64,000 nucleotides of DNA, taken from NCBI RefSeq assembly GCF_052425735.1, contig NC_135759.1, positions 34,038,001 through 34,102,000 on the forward strand. The letters are read 5' to 3'. Shown piece by piece: positions 13,253 to 25,672 of the stretch (position 1 is its first letter; each line of letters starts with the position of its first letter). The notes below the pieces were generated by a model. That model was not told the DNA's origin, did not search any database, and worked only from the letters and a program-made list of their open reading frames with translations. Source of the stretch: Oculina patagonica. Its lineage: Eukaryota. Both the position numbers and the translations under genes were made by a program.

Positions 13253-13560
13253 CTTTTATACCATGCCATAGAAAATACAACCAATCAGAATACAGGAAAG
13301 CCGTTGTATATTCGACGGTATTCAACCCAACCTTCCCATCGTCGTGCGATTGTATCGACGAAATTTAGTAGCGTATTTTCTATGGCATGGTATAAAATAG
13401 TTACACAACACTTTCTCGTGTATACTATGGAATATCCCACTTGTCACTTGTATTTTCTTGGTATACACACTCGCCTAAAGGCTCGTGTGTATACCGAGAA
13501 AATACAAGTGACTCGTGGGATATTCCATAGTATACCACTCGAAAGCGTTGCATAACTAGT
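13253..13560. mobile_element. ~310-bp double-hairpin insert, copy 2
   Basis: Near-identical to 12531-12843 with the same junctions; period ~717 bp. Confidence 0.75.
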
Positions 13561-16500
13561 ATGTATGCTCCTGTATACCCCTGTATACTCCTGTATACCC
13601 CTGTATACTTATGTAAACCTCTGTATACCCTTGTATACTTATGTAAACCTCTGTATACCCCTGTATACTTATGTAAACCTCTGTATACCCTTGTATACTC
13701 CTGTAAACCCCTGTATACCCCTGTATACTTATGTAAACCTCTATATACCCTTGTATACTTATGTAAACCTCTGTATACCCCTGTATACTTATGTAAACCT
13801 CTGTATACCCCTGTATACTTATGTAAACCTCTGTATACCCTTGTATACTCCTGTAAACCCCTGTATACCCCTGCATACTTATGTAAACCTCTGTATACCC
13901 TTGTATACTTATGTAAACCTCTGTATACTCCTGTAAACCCCTGTATACCCCTGTATACTTATGTAAACCTCTGTATACCTCTGTATACTTGTGTAAACCT
14001 CTGTATACTTATGTAAACCTCTGTATACCCTTGCATACTCCTGTAAACCCCTGTATACCCCTGTATACTTATGTAAGCCCCTGTATACCCCTGAATACTT
14101 ATGTAAACCCCTGTATACTTATGTAAACCTCTGTATACTTATGTAAACCTCTGTATACCCTTGTATACTTCTGTAAACCTCTGTATACCCCTGTATACTT
14201 GTGTAAACCTCTGTATACCCCTGTATACTTATGTAAACCTCTGTATACCCTTGTATACTTATGTAAACTCGTGTATACAGGGGTATACAGAGGTTTACAG
14301 GAGTATACAGGGGTTTACAGGAGTATATAGGGGTATACAGGAGTATACAGGGGTTTACAAGAGTATACATGGGTAATCAGGGGTATACAGAGGTTTACAG
14401 AAGTAAACAAGGGTAATCAGGAGTATACAAAGGTTTACAGGAGTATACAGGGGTTTACAGGAGTATACAGGGGTATACAGAGGTTTACAGGATTATACAG
14501 GGGTATACAGAGGTTTACAGGATTATACAGGGGTATACAGGGGTTTACAGGAGTATACACGGGTATACAGAGGTTTACAGGAGTATACAGGGGTTAACAG
14601 GAGTAAACAAGGGTTTACAGGAGTATACAGGGGTAATCAGGAGTATACAAAGGCTTACAGGAGTAGACAGGGGTATACAGAGGTTTACAAGAGTATACAG
14701 GGGTATACAGGAGTATACAGAGGTCTATAGGAGTACGCAGAGGTAATCAGGGGTAATCAGGGGTATACAGAGGTAATCAGGGGTTAACAGAGGTATTATG
14801 GGATATCTGGGTGACTATATGGTTCTGGTGACTATATGAATTTGCTTTCATCATAACAGACCATCATTGAATACAATTGTTTTAGTATTTAAAAAAAAAC
14901 AACTGATTTACTTTGTTTTTAGAATAATTTTGCTAATTATGTTAGCTGGGTTGTCGTACATTTCTTTTATATTTCAAGCCCCGACGGAATTACGTAACGG
15001 GATTACATAACATGAGCATTATGTTGTTCTTATTGAACTTTTCACAATGGAGCTAACAGAAATTAAAAGAATGAAGAAATTATTCCTTAGTACTTAATTT
15101 GAATTCTAAGGCGAAGGGAACTTGACAGGTTAAGTATATAAATATCATCTGTCAACATTTTACTCAAACGTAAAGATCCAAAACTATTTTTAATAGTTCT
15201 GTGAAGGAAAAAAAAAGTCATAAATAAAGCAACGAATGTCCCGCTCACACCATAACGCTTTCCACGCAAGCACTCTTGGTCAAGATCATCGAATCCAAGG
15301 AAAGGGCGTTGTCCCCGTGTCCATGTTCTGCTGAGCGACATGGGAATGTTGATCAATGGATTTTTCCACTTGAGTTTTATTTTCTTGTTGCTGAAACTCC
15401 AACCAACTATTACGCGTGCAAAAAAAAACTCCTTTCAATGGACGTCTATTTTCTGGAGCTCCTTTTAAATGCATCGAGAATTCAAGCGGTAAGGTTAGGG
15501 TTTCTTGCCAATTTATCGTTGATTGCTTTTAGTTTAGCGAAAATTAATGACTGATCCGTTTGTTCAAGCTTATTGTTTGCTTGCAGTTTTTTGCCAAAAA
15601 TATAAATAACAGCGAACAAAAGAAATTTCTGTCAGTTGAGCGATCAAGCGTGACTTTGAAATACTCACCGTTGTCAAAAAATTACAATATGTAATTTAAA
15701 AAATTCGACAGCGGCAGTCAGTTGTCGGCACTTATAGAACGTTCTCGGTAAGGCAGTTTATGAAGCTTACAAAAAAGGCAAGAAAACTAAAAGCTTGTGC
15801 AATTCGATGACAACATTTTAAAGAAAAACTCGATCACCCGAAGAACATCACACTCTCGCCGATGCCGTTTTTTAACAGGAGTTGTGAAGGTATTTAAAAT
15901 GCATATCTAGACTTCCAAGTATTGTGTTTAGAATTGATTTATTTGCGAATCGTGATTTTATTTTAGGATTCTTAAGACCAGTTTCAAATGTGCTTTCCTT
16001 GCAAGCAGTTTAATACGTTAGATTACCTTGAGTTTTTAATAGTCAAGTTAATTTTTCTGTTTATATGTAGTTCGCTTTGAGTTCACAACTTTGTGCAAAC
16101 ATTGTTTGCATAAACGTTCAGCTGCTTGGTTTTGGTCTAACCGCTACGAAACTTCGGGGATTTTAAATTAAGGGTTTCCGTTAAGTTTTTTAAACGCTCC
16201 AGTGATCGACCACGGGCTGGACGCTTAATACTCATTAAACGGTTCATGGAGGAATCATTCATTATTAACAATTGACAGATTTATACACGCGTTCAACCGA
16301 CTAGAACCAACTGTCGCCATTTGCTTTCGACGGTTCTACATTTACAGGCGTCGCCTAATCGAATGTCTTGTCAGTTTTGTACTGAAGTATATTCTATAAC
16401 AGAAGGACTTATTCTATGTATTCGAACTAAATTATGCTCGATCAGTGCGAATGCATGGTTCAGATTAAATCAAGAGTAAGGATTAACAGACGCTTCAGTG

Positions 16501-16995
16501 GAATGTCATTAGCAGCAGAATGCTGATTAAAACAATTTTATTTGCATTTATCCACGATGAAACAAACAGTCTGATATAGTACTCATTACTGATCAACAAA
16601 ACTGAGTACAATAAAACAGTACAACAATTTTATCACTGCAAATTTCCATTTTTGCATGTGCTCGATTCTATTTTGCGATAAGATTAGACATTGCGAAAAG
16701 ATTGGTATTCAAGAAAAGCTAAGATAACGTTTTAACAATGCATCAATATTTGCAACATAACACTTCCTTTGCATTCTGTGTTGTGCTATGCTAATTCATC
16801 TGAAAGTAACAAAACGCCTCGCAAATTCATTCACTGCCCTATATAATAGGCACAGTTTTTTTGTTGACTTAATTGATCTTTAACACTCACAGGTAAAATG
16901 TGAAAAATAGACAGTCGGCAGTTGGCAGACTGATATTCTAAACACCGCCTCTTTATCAAGACAATATTTTCTCTCTTTTCCAGTAGCACGCTTAA

Positions 16996-17725
16996 GGAGG
17001 CTCGATGTAGTTTTTAGCGGTTTTTGAATATTTCTAGACTCGATTTTGCCAAAATACACCATAATGATCAAATATGACCAAATTTTTTTTTTCTCTCACT
17101 TTTCAAAGGTTCCAAGCCTGACTTTTCTAAGATGACACTTGTATCATTTTTTGATATTTCAAGTACAGTACATACTACCTGGCTCAAAATTTTAGGAAAA
17201 TCTGTAAGAGCGTAGATTCAAATATTTTTGTATTTTCTTATAATTTCTTACAACGGCAGTCGATATTTTTAACAAATTAAAGAAAAAGTCTTTCGCTTTT
17301 AGTTAATGGTTTGATGGTGTAAGTATTTATATAGTGAAAGAAACTGTGCTCAAATAATACGAAAATTTAAGGCGCCTATTTTATATTAAAACTTCTGAAA
17401 ATTTCACTCCTGATTCACTTGAAAACGCTCTTACAGATTTTTCTAAAATTTCGTCAACAGTTAGTCAATCTACTAAACTTTAACATATCAAAAAATAAAC
17501 ACCAAGTGTCAGTCTAGATTTCGAGAAAATCAAGCTTGTTTGAGAACAAAAGAAAACGTCAATCGTTGCTATGGTAACCGTTGTGACTAAGTGACGGGTA
17601 TAAAATTAAAATTTGGTCACATTATCATTATGGTGTATTTTGGCAAAAATCGAACATTGGCTTCCTAGGTAATTTTAATTTTCAAAACAACCACCCCTAG
17701 TCTAAAAAAACTACATCGAGCCTCC
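16996..17725. mobile_element. Kolobok-like non-autonomous element (TTAA TSD)
   Basis: TTAA|GGAGGCTCGATGTAGTTTTT ... AAAAACTACATCGAGCCTCC|TTAA; purine-purine terminus rather than piggyBac CCC. Confidence 0.8.
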
Positions 17726-18580
17726 TTAAAACCTCTTTTACAACTTCTCCACTTCCCATTCCAAATGTCAAAGTTTTGCTAAATTGAAATTTATTTCCAG
17801 TAGTTGTAGTAAAAGTCATCACATCATGATATGATATGACCTGTTATTTAAAGAGGAACCATTGTCTTTTGGCGCTAAAAACACAAAACGTGACTTTTTC
17901 TGATCTTGCTATGTTTAACAAAAATAGTCCAGGGAAGGAAGTAATTATTCAGATTGTTCTTTGGAGCCTCACATGTCAGGGCCGTAACCAGACTTTTGGC
18001 AGACGAGGGAGGCTAGGAGGCGAGCCCCAGAAGTTTGGAGAACTAGAAACTCTGAAACTCTTTCTTAAACATTTTTTATAAGGTATTTCTTGAAAAAATC
18101 AATTTTGTTCAACTGAGGATTGTTTTCCCAACCAAACATCTTTTGTTTTTGACTTGCTAGTTACGGCCATGCATGTAGGACACGGGGTGAGTGTTGCTCC
18201 CAGTTCGTCTACTTGGCTGGATGTGCTCCGATTTGCGATCAGTGGATCAGTGGGATTTGCCCCAATCAATCAGCAGTGTCCAAAACTAGGGGTACTTATG
18301 AAACACAACGACGATTACAAACGTATTAAACGCTCGTGTTTGCAGACAAATTATCAAATGCTAATCCAGCAAATTGTATTACATTGTTCATAGTAGTGTC
18401 GAAATTGAAAATTGAACTAAATCCAAACACGACAAATAACTGAAAGATCATCTACGTTTCTCACGCTCTACAACGAAAATAACGTTAGTTTTCTTTCATT
18501 TTGTCTAGTACCTATCTTTCATCCCACTAGTTCAGTGGAAAATGCATGTTCCAGCCAGACTTCAGGGTGTTTTCCCCCTT

Positions 18581-19678
18581 TTAATCCATCTGATCTCTGA
18601 GGAACTGAATTTCAAGAGCGAGCTTTTCTTTCTCCATTACCAACTTCTCCTTTTCCAAAGCCAGCTTTTCCTTCTCTAGCATAAGCTTCTCCTTTTTGAG
18701 TTTCTCAATTTCTGCTCGCACGTGCGAGCTGAATGTCTCATCAGCGCCGTAATCGGCACATCTTCTCTTTTTGATCACGTGCGTGATAGGGGACGACAGC
18801 AACCGTTTCCCTGTGTGCTGTGGTACCACGAAGCGGTGCCTGCCTCCTCCGCCGCTCGTACCACTGGTAGAGATTACACGCGGTAATTGTCTGACTTCTG
18901 ACATAGAAGACACCACGGTCATTGGAATAGCAGATCTTGCAGTCTGACCACTGCTAGTTCCTGGAACTTCTGCTTGGGTCTTTTCTTGATCTCCTGCGCT
19001 GGGAGTCTGAGAGTTTAGAGCCGTGAGAGAGGATTCCCTGTTGGCATTTTGCTGCGAATCGCCCACACTCTGTTCTGTGTTTACAGCGGGTGAAACTATC
19101 GAGGGTTTTACATCGGGTTTTACAACAACATGTACAACTTGTTGCTCGCCATTAGTTTCTCTTTCGCCGTTTTCTTCTCCTCCTTCTTCCGAGAAAGTTT
19201 GCTCTGTTTGATCGTCGGCAAAATTATCGTCAAAGTTGATCCCCGCGGCCGCCTCCCCTGGTGACGAGAAGCCGCAATTTGCCACAGTAATCCGCAAAAT
19301 TTCTATTATTCTCTGACTAACCTGAGAAAGTTTTCGCGGTGCTAGCGTCTGGTCGCCGCTCTCTGAATGTGCTGTGGCTTCCAGGAGTTCCTTCTTTGCT
19401 GCACGAACCATGTTTTTCCACTTTCTCTTCAGGTCGTTAGCTGTGCGTAAAACGATGGGATTCCTGCTGTTGTAATCACTGCAAATGCGCTTCCACACTT
19501 CGACCTTTTGTTTATTGGTGGACGCATCGTTCAGCTTTGAAGTGAGTACCCCCGAATTTCGCTCAAACTGAGTGATTAAGTATAAACTTTCTCCTTCCGT
19601 AAAGTTGGGCTTCCGTTTGTTGGCGACTAGGAGCACATCTAGAGAGTCACCACTGCGACTTTCACCGGCGTAACTCAT
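18581..19678 (-). CDS. Myb/SANT-like DNA-binding domain protein (MSANTD3/4-NAIF1-like), intronless, 365 aa
   Basis: ATG at 19678. N-terminal KRKPNFTEGE...KVEVWKRIC...RTANDLKRKWKNM trihelix motif; C-terminal (LEKEKLA)-type heptad coiled coil. Confidence 0.88.
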   Translation of the reverse strand: MSYAGESRSGDSLDVLLVANKRKPNFTEGESLYLITQFERNSGVLTSKLNDASTNKQKVEVWKRICSDYNSRNPIVLRTANDLKRKWKNMVRAAKKELLEATAHSESGDQTLAPRKLSQVSQRIIEILRITVANCGFSSPGEAAAGINFDDNFADDQTEQTFSEEGGEENGERETNGEQQVVHVVVKPDVKPSIVSPAVNTEQSVGDSQQNANRESSLTALNSQTPSAGDQEKTQAEVPGTSSGQTARSAIPMTVVSSMSEVRQLPRVISTSGTSGGGGRHRFVVPQHTGKRLLSSPITHVIKKRRCADYGADETFSSHVRAEIEKLKKEKLMLEKEKLALEKEKLVMEKEKLALEIQFLRDQMD

Positions 19679-19970
19679 CGCTTCCAAACGAACCAAGGCA
19701 GCGATTGAAGAAAATCGCTCGGATTAAGCCGCCGCTTTGAATAAAATTAAAGCTTCAGCTCCCAGCTAGCTATTAAGCGAAGATCGTGCGGGAATCAACG
19801 TCTGAGACACAGTACTTACTCTCGGTGCCTATATCATGGTGACCTTTGCTGATATTGGCGCTAAGTCAAAGGCCTAACTTACCAAGAGACACGCTTCAAA
19901 CTAATACAGGTCTTAAAATAGAAATGGACGCCGAACAATGTGTTTGCCTGCACGCATTATGTTAATCCGC

Positions 19971-19978
19971 TGACGTCA
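19971..19978. promoter_or_regulatory. CRE palindrome upstream of the Myb/SANT gene
   Basis: TGACGTCA ~290 bp upstream of the ATG; motif match only. Confidence 0.35.
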
Positions 19979-20475
19979 CGGAGTGATTACGCATAGCTAA
20001 TAATGACAGCCTCTATATCAAGTTATCATCAAATGCTTTTACTATTAAAAAGACTTCTGTTTTACTTTCTTTTGCAACGGATCTCGTTTCTTGACAAGGA
20101 CTTTCCCTGGTTAAAAAAAAAAAGAAAAGCAAGCTCCTGGCGTACTTCATAAAATCCGATTTTAAGGCCTGATTTTAAATGTTGCGACAGAGAAATGTGT
20201 CATTATGTGTGAAATGTTGGCGAAATTCATAAAATCTTGATAAATACTTGATAGCTATATACTGTAGCAGCAAAACTGAAGGTAAAGCAAAATAAGTGAA
20301 AGTTCGTGCTGTTGCTGAAGTCAGTTGTTTATAATCTTTGCTCATGGACTAAACTAATCTCATAATCCAACTGATTTAATTAATCCGGTGGCCGCGTTTT
20401 CAGGTTTTCAGGCTGCTCCAGGTGGTCAATTAGTTCCGCTATTATTTTGCCAAGGCGCGAAAGGAGCGTGTCGCA

Positions 20476-20624
20476 GGGGTGGATTTCTTTGCAACATACG
20501 CGTATAGCCGTCGCATTTGCCCTGATGGAATTTTTTATTGTTTTTTTTTTTAGCTCGAAAACAATAAAAAATTACAACGGGCAAATGCGACGGCTATACG
20601 CGTATGTTGCAAGTAAATACGCCC
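20476..20624. mobile_element. Palindromic MITE
   Basis: TTGCAACATACGCGTATAGCCGTCGCATTTGCCC / GGGCAAATGCGACGGCTATACGCGTATGTTGCAA. Confidence 0.75.
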
Positions 20625-21048
20625 TAGTTTTACACTGTATGAATAATCTGTAATTTTGCCAGACTACTCACTGTCATGGAAGACATTTAGACATTTCAAT
20701 AGATACTTGGAGGGTCACAATATTACAGAAGAAAAATGAAGTAGCCACTTAGATTACTCCGCTGGTTATCTTAAAAACTCGACATGCCTCTTGCATCGTT
20801 TAAACCTTAGTCCCTGCGCGATCGTGCTTCTCATCACGCAACTTTTGAATCCTTCAAGATAGTTGAAAAATGGCCAAAAAATAGAAATCAAACCTTGTTT
20901 ACTTTACCACTTCAATTCCGGGCTCAATCATCCGCTGTGCGAATGAAAAACGAGGTCATGGGCTCCTGGTAAAACTTTGTTTTAACACTTGTTGCGTGTT
21001 GAACAGAAACAATAATAAGAGCTTATTTATTTCGTTGCTTGTTTTTAA

Positions 21049-21450
21049 AGGGACAGTGTCGCGGATTTTACCAGATTTTTGAACAGCCAAATTTTATATT
21101 TGTGTCGCAGTAAACCTAAAAATAATACCCCATTTTTATTAAAGATTGCTTTATTAGAGCACGTACTGAAACTGTTAACTAGCGTTTTGGCTGCAGATGG
21201 CCCGGGTGGAAATGGATTGCAACTTGAAAAATTGAGGCTAAACTTTTCAAGTTGTTCACGCGCCTGATCTAAAAAAAAAATAGATATTTATAGCTGTAGC
21301 TTGATTTTTATCCACAAAATTAGGTTACGTCTTCCTTTAGATGTTTAAAGTTAATGTTTTTTATGGGTAAAGTTGCCCACCACGATCTACCACTAATTTC
21401 AGAACAGTTTAGACCAAAAAATCTTGCGAAATCTCCGTGACGTAGCTTCT
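21049..21450. mobile_element. Degenerate Kolobok-like element
   Basis: TTAA|AGGGACAGTGTCGCGGA ... TCCGTGACGTAGCTTCT|TTAA, imperfect TIRs. Confidence 0.55.
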
Positions 21451-23400
21451 TTAAGCCTGTTGCGGAATGCCGTAATAGTCCGATAATGACCCTCCCCGGC
21501 AGAAAATAAGTCCCTTAGCCACCAAAATCGTATCAATGAATAAGCCCTCCCGCATAAATTAAGTCCATGGGTTCATAGGCTTATTTTAATAAGCTCATGG
21601 AGAGCCACAAGGTTTCTTTCGATCATAAAGCCCCATTACTGCGGAGGTGTTTTGCATTTCATATTGTTACCGTGAGTATATCTGTATTTTACAGACTTTG
21701 CAGGTATGTGAAAGGGGTACCATTTTCTATCAAAAGTATACAAACGGTTACCTTTTCTGTCGAAGGTGGGTTATGAAAGGGATACGTGTTTATTCGGGTG
21801 GCCCCCTCACGCCAACAGGGGTAAAACGTCCACCAAACAAACATCAAAGTAATCCCAGGGCTTACTAGCGTAATTTTATACCGACGCAGTACGTTAATTA
21901 CGGTGAGTACTAGTGGCTTTTGAACTAAGCTTAAAGGATATGCTGCAGTATGCAGAACGATAAATAACCCGGCGGCAATTCAAGTTTATGATAACATTTT
22001 GCAAACTTGTTTACACCAAAACTTTGTTGCGGCCATCTAAGGCGTTCCTATCACCTGGCATTACTGAGGCATTTGCATTTTATCGTATTAGCTTCAGTAG
22101 AGCTCCTCTGTGAGTGTAAGAATGTTGACTATAGCGGACTGTTTCATCTGATTTTTCTTCGATCGTTGAACGCAGAAAAAAAAATCACAAGAGAACTGAC
22201 CATGACGCCAGCGCGAAACGGAGGCGCGAGAGAGAGACTGTGAGCAGTCTATATTAACGAGTACTCAGTACTTATCGTCTTCATCGAAGCTAAGAAAAAC
22301 CTTTATGTTCCATTTCCAACCGCCCCACTACCCACGCGAACTCGAGCGATTTCTTTCTGAAGAGGATCTCGCGTGTAGCTCTCTCGCGTGCAACTCCCGC
22401 TCTCAACAGCTAGCAGGAAAATATCGAGAATATTAGGTTCCTGGCTTCATTGTAGCTAGGAAAGCCTGTTCACATAACAAGCATTTTGAAGATTGCATTT
22501 CAACTGCTGACGATCCAGATAATCCGTTCTGTTACTATGGAAGCGAATTAGTCGCGTTTTTAAATAGAAATGTTTGAAAAGCAAAAAGTGGACCTTACTC
22601 ATTCCAGCATTCAAGGAGCGGAAATACGGTAAAATGTATTGTAACTACGACTTAATGAGTGCTATTAAGTTATTGTTTTTGCCTAATAGTTGTACAAAAA
22701 ATTAGTCCAAGAAATTGATTTTGTTTTGTTCATTGTTGTTGCTGTGTGGAGTCAAATGTCTCATCATTCGCGGGTAAAACTTCATTTCGCGGGAACAAGT
22801 TATCGCATGCGCTATTGTGCGTTGTTCTTCGCAATCACTGTAACTCAATGTTCACTGTAGATGTTAACTGATTTCAAGGTATCTTTCTGCTTGATCGCTA
22901 TCCTCTGTAGCTGAATGTTTAAGACTTTATATTCATTTCTTTTGGCTTTTAATCCCAAATTACTGCGCTTTGAAATTTATTGAAACAGCTTTGTCACGGT
23001 TTATGTCCTTTTGTCTATACTGGAGAAAACAGAAAAGAAACGAACTACAGAGTGACGTTCAAAGTTTGCGTAAGAGGCACATTAATTTACAAATGTAACT
23101 GCTGAATAAAAAGTCAAAACGTAACCAAAAGAATGAGCTAAAACTGGTTTGTTTATTGGCGATGCATAGTTCAAGTTATTTTATGATTATGTTTATGCCT
23201 TGTCTAAGCCGTTTAACAAACACCTTAAAGCTGCTTTGAGACATATAGTTACGCATAGTCACGCTACCAACAGCATGGGTCCAGCATTAATGAGTCGCTT
23301 GTGAAACCATACGAGAAAGTGGATTTCCCAGTTTTTTTTTTGTTTCTTTTGATGTTTGTAATTTCTTTTCATCGCCTTCCTTTTAGCCATTGGTCCCACT

Positions 23401-23685
23401 TAGAGGAGTTTTCAATTGAGTGTAGTAAAACCAAAACCAAAGTAATTACTCTGGCCAATCACAAAGGACACAGACAATCTAGTGAACCAATCTAAATTCG
23501 AAGCAAATACATGTCGCAGGCACGAAGCGCGCGAAAACGTGCGTGTGCGAGTCATGATTGCTTTTGGTTTTACTTCTGATTGGTTAAGAAAGTGGCGCGA
23601 GATTTTTAAACCAATCACTAAGCTTAGTAATGGAAAACCAAAGCAAAGGCAAATTACTTTCGACACTCAAGTAAAAACCGCTCTA
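23401..23685. mobile_element. ~290-bp interspersed MITE-like repeat, copy 2
   Basis: Ends TAGAGGAGTTTTCA / AAAAACCGCTCTA; matches 2301-2589. Confidence 0.75.
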
Positions 23686-23898
23686 TTACAACTTAGTTAT
23701 TATAATGACTGATTATGGTCTAGTTTTTTTAATTGATTTCTTTTTGATTTTCAGTGATTTTCATCAATGGTGGTCATTTTGGTCCGTCTCCTGAATCGAC
23801 AGTTCTGTGTTCCAAAATTTAAAGTATGCCCTTATCAAGCGTCACGCTCACCTCGTGCAACGTGACATTTCTACCACACTTGCGTGACTGACAAGAAA

Positions 23899-25594
23899 AT
23901 GCCAAGGATTCCAGATGTGCATCGTGACAGCAACGCCGACTCCATCCTGAGTCTAACTGGAGGACTGATATTCCTATTTGTGACGTCAAGTGTGCTTGTT
24001 CTAGGCGCACTTTGTAAATATCTGCGAAATCTTTGTCGCAAAGTTATGAAAGATCGCTGGAAAAGGCGATCAAAGAGGAGGCATTCGAAACGAGGTGAAG
24101 AGGCAAAAGGGAGCAGGGCTGTCAAATGCAAACGTTCGGATTCATTTAGATCATACAAATCGAGAAAAGGCATGGTTACGGTGTCGCCGCAATTCTCGAT
24201 TCCAAGCTCTCGCAGCTGTGTGATACAACAGCCGGCTCCAGATCTCTCGCAAGGGAGGACGGGAAAGACTAATGAGGAGAAACGCCTTTCGTAAGTAATA
24301 ACTCATGAATGAACGAATAATAGTGATAAGAACAATTATTCCATAAGCCCGCGTTGGATATGAGATGGTAGATAGCTAACTAGGTGCGTAACGCCGAGTT
24401 GGCTATGTTGTGGTTCAATTTTGTCCTTGTATCAAATTTCATTTTCCTTTGTTTTTGGGTATGGTAATGTATGATAATTAGTTTAAAACAAAAGGAAATA
24501 AAATTTGAACCAAGGATAAAATTGAACCACAACAGCTATAACTATATCCAACAAGTGCAAGTAGTACAATTGTTTTATTAAAATCGCCCTAAGAATTGCA
24601 ATATTTGAACTCCCAGCTGTTCTCACTGCCATATTTGTGGTCCATGGTATATGAGCTCATATACCTTGGTCTGTAAACCAATCAAAACTCAGGAATTGAA
24701 ATATACCATGCTAGTTTTTAATAATGATGATGACTCGCCTCGATCAAAAGAAAAAAGGAAAATGCTAAGAAAGAATGAAGGAAAGAAGGTCGAGGGAACA
24801 AGAAATGAAGGAAGGAAGGAAGGAAGGAAGAAGGGACAGAGGGAGAGAGGGAAGTGATCTTTCACCAGCCTTATGAGTTAGTTATTGGGTACTAGTTCGC
24901 TTCAAGGAAGGCGATTTTCTCTTGATGAATTCTTTTTTTAATGCGATAATAGCATAGCATAGGTAAGGGTTGACGTCATGAGAAGCTAACAAAATCTAAG
25001 GAATGTCTAAATTTGTTTGAGGCTATCACCTATAGCATATAGCTTGAATCCCGTAAACGCATGATTCGCTCTATTGAGAACCGAAGCTTGGAAATCATTT
25101 CCCCAAAGTGCAGTTTGCGAAGTTGTGATCTTCGGATTTTATCAATTAACAACTTTTTACAAAAGAGAGCATGCTCTTTTGTTTTTGATTGTTTTAATGG
25201 AACTGTGTGTTCTCCGTTTAAAAATTACTTTGAACGATTACATCATAACGCCAGCACTAGAAACAACGGGAAAACAGCAAAACTGCCCAAAGTCAAACTT
25301 GATTTTGCGCGCCGTAGTTTTTATTTTTTAGGTGCCTCGATTTTTAATTCTTTACCTTTGAATTTAAGAAACATTAATTCTAGACTTTTATTTAGGAAAG
25401 CGTTGGACGGTTTTTACTTGTAATATTTTATTGTAGTTTTTTAAGGTTTTTAACTTAGTGCATGATCCGCTTTTTACACAATTTTCATTGTATATTATAT
25501 ATTTAGTAATTTTAGTAATTTTTAATTTTTAATCAGCAGGACCCCGTTGATAACAGTACGCATGTACTGAAGGGCTATCCTGGATAAACATTCG

Positions 25595-25672
<78 letters not shown>

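Larger units (their letters stand above)
9700..14800. repeat. 10-bp/30-bp higher-order minisatellite
   Basis: Consensus TATACTTATG TAAACCTCTG TATACCCCTG; reverse-complement orientation from ~14276 to ~14800. Confidence 0.97.
9667..14822. mobile_element. Foldback-type element made of inverted minisatellite arms
   Basis: Perfect terminal IR CCATATAGTCACCCAG (9667-9682) / CTGGGTGACTATATGG (14807-14822); minisatellite orientation flips at ~14275. Confidence 0.75.

Noticed and set aside
9728-14376. Many long ORFs with YTYVNLCIPL / KPLYTPVYLC / YRGLHKYTGV repeats
   Set aside because: By-product of a 30-bp repeat that is open in several frames on both strands; frames shift wherever 10-bp units are gained or lost.
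7530-14800. CRISPR-like arrays
   Set aside because: Both arrays are head-to-tail tandem repeats without unique spacers; no cas genes; eukaryotic context.
15087-15554. Short ORFs / possible - strand exon
   Set aside because: No recognisable motif and no consistent partner exons found.
25061-25423. 120-aa ORF as a host gene or synaptotagmin exon
   Set aside because: It is the C-terminus of a truncated LINE ORF2; the flanking synaptotagmin exons join in phase without it.
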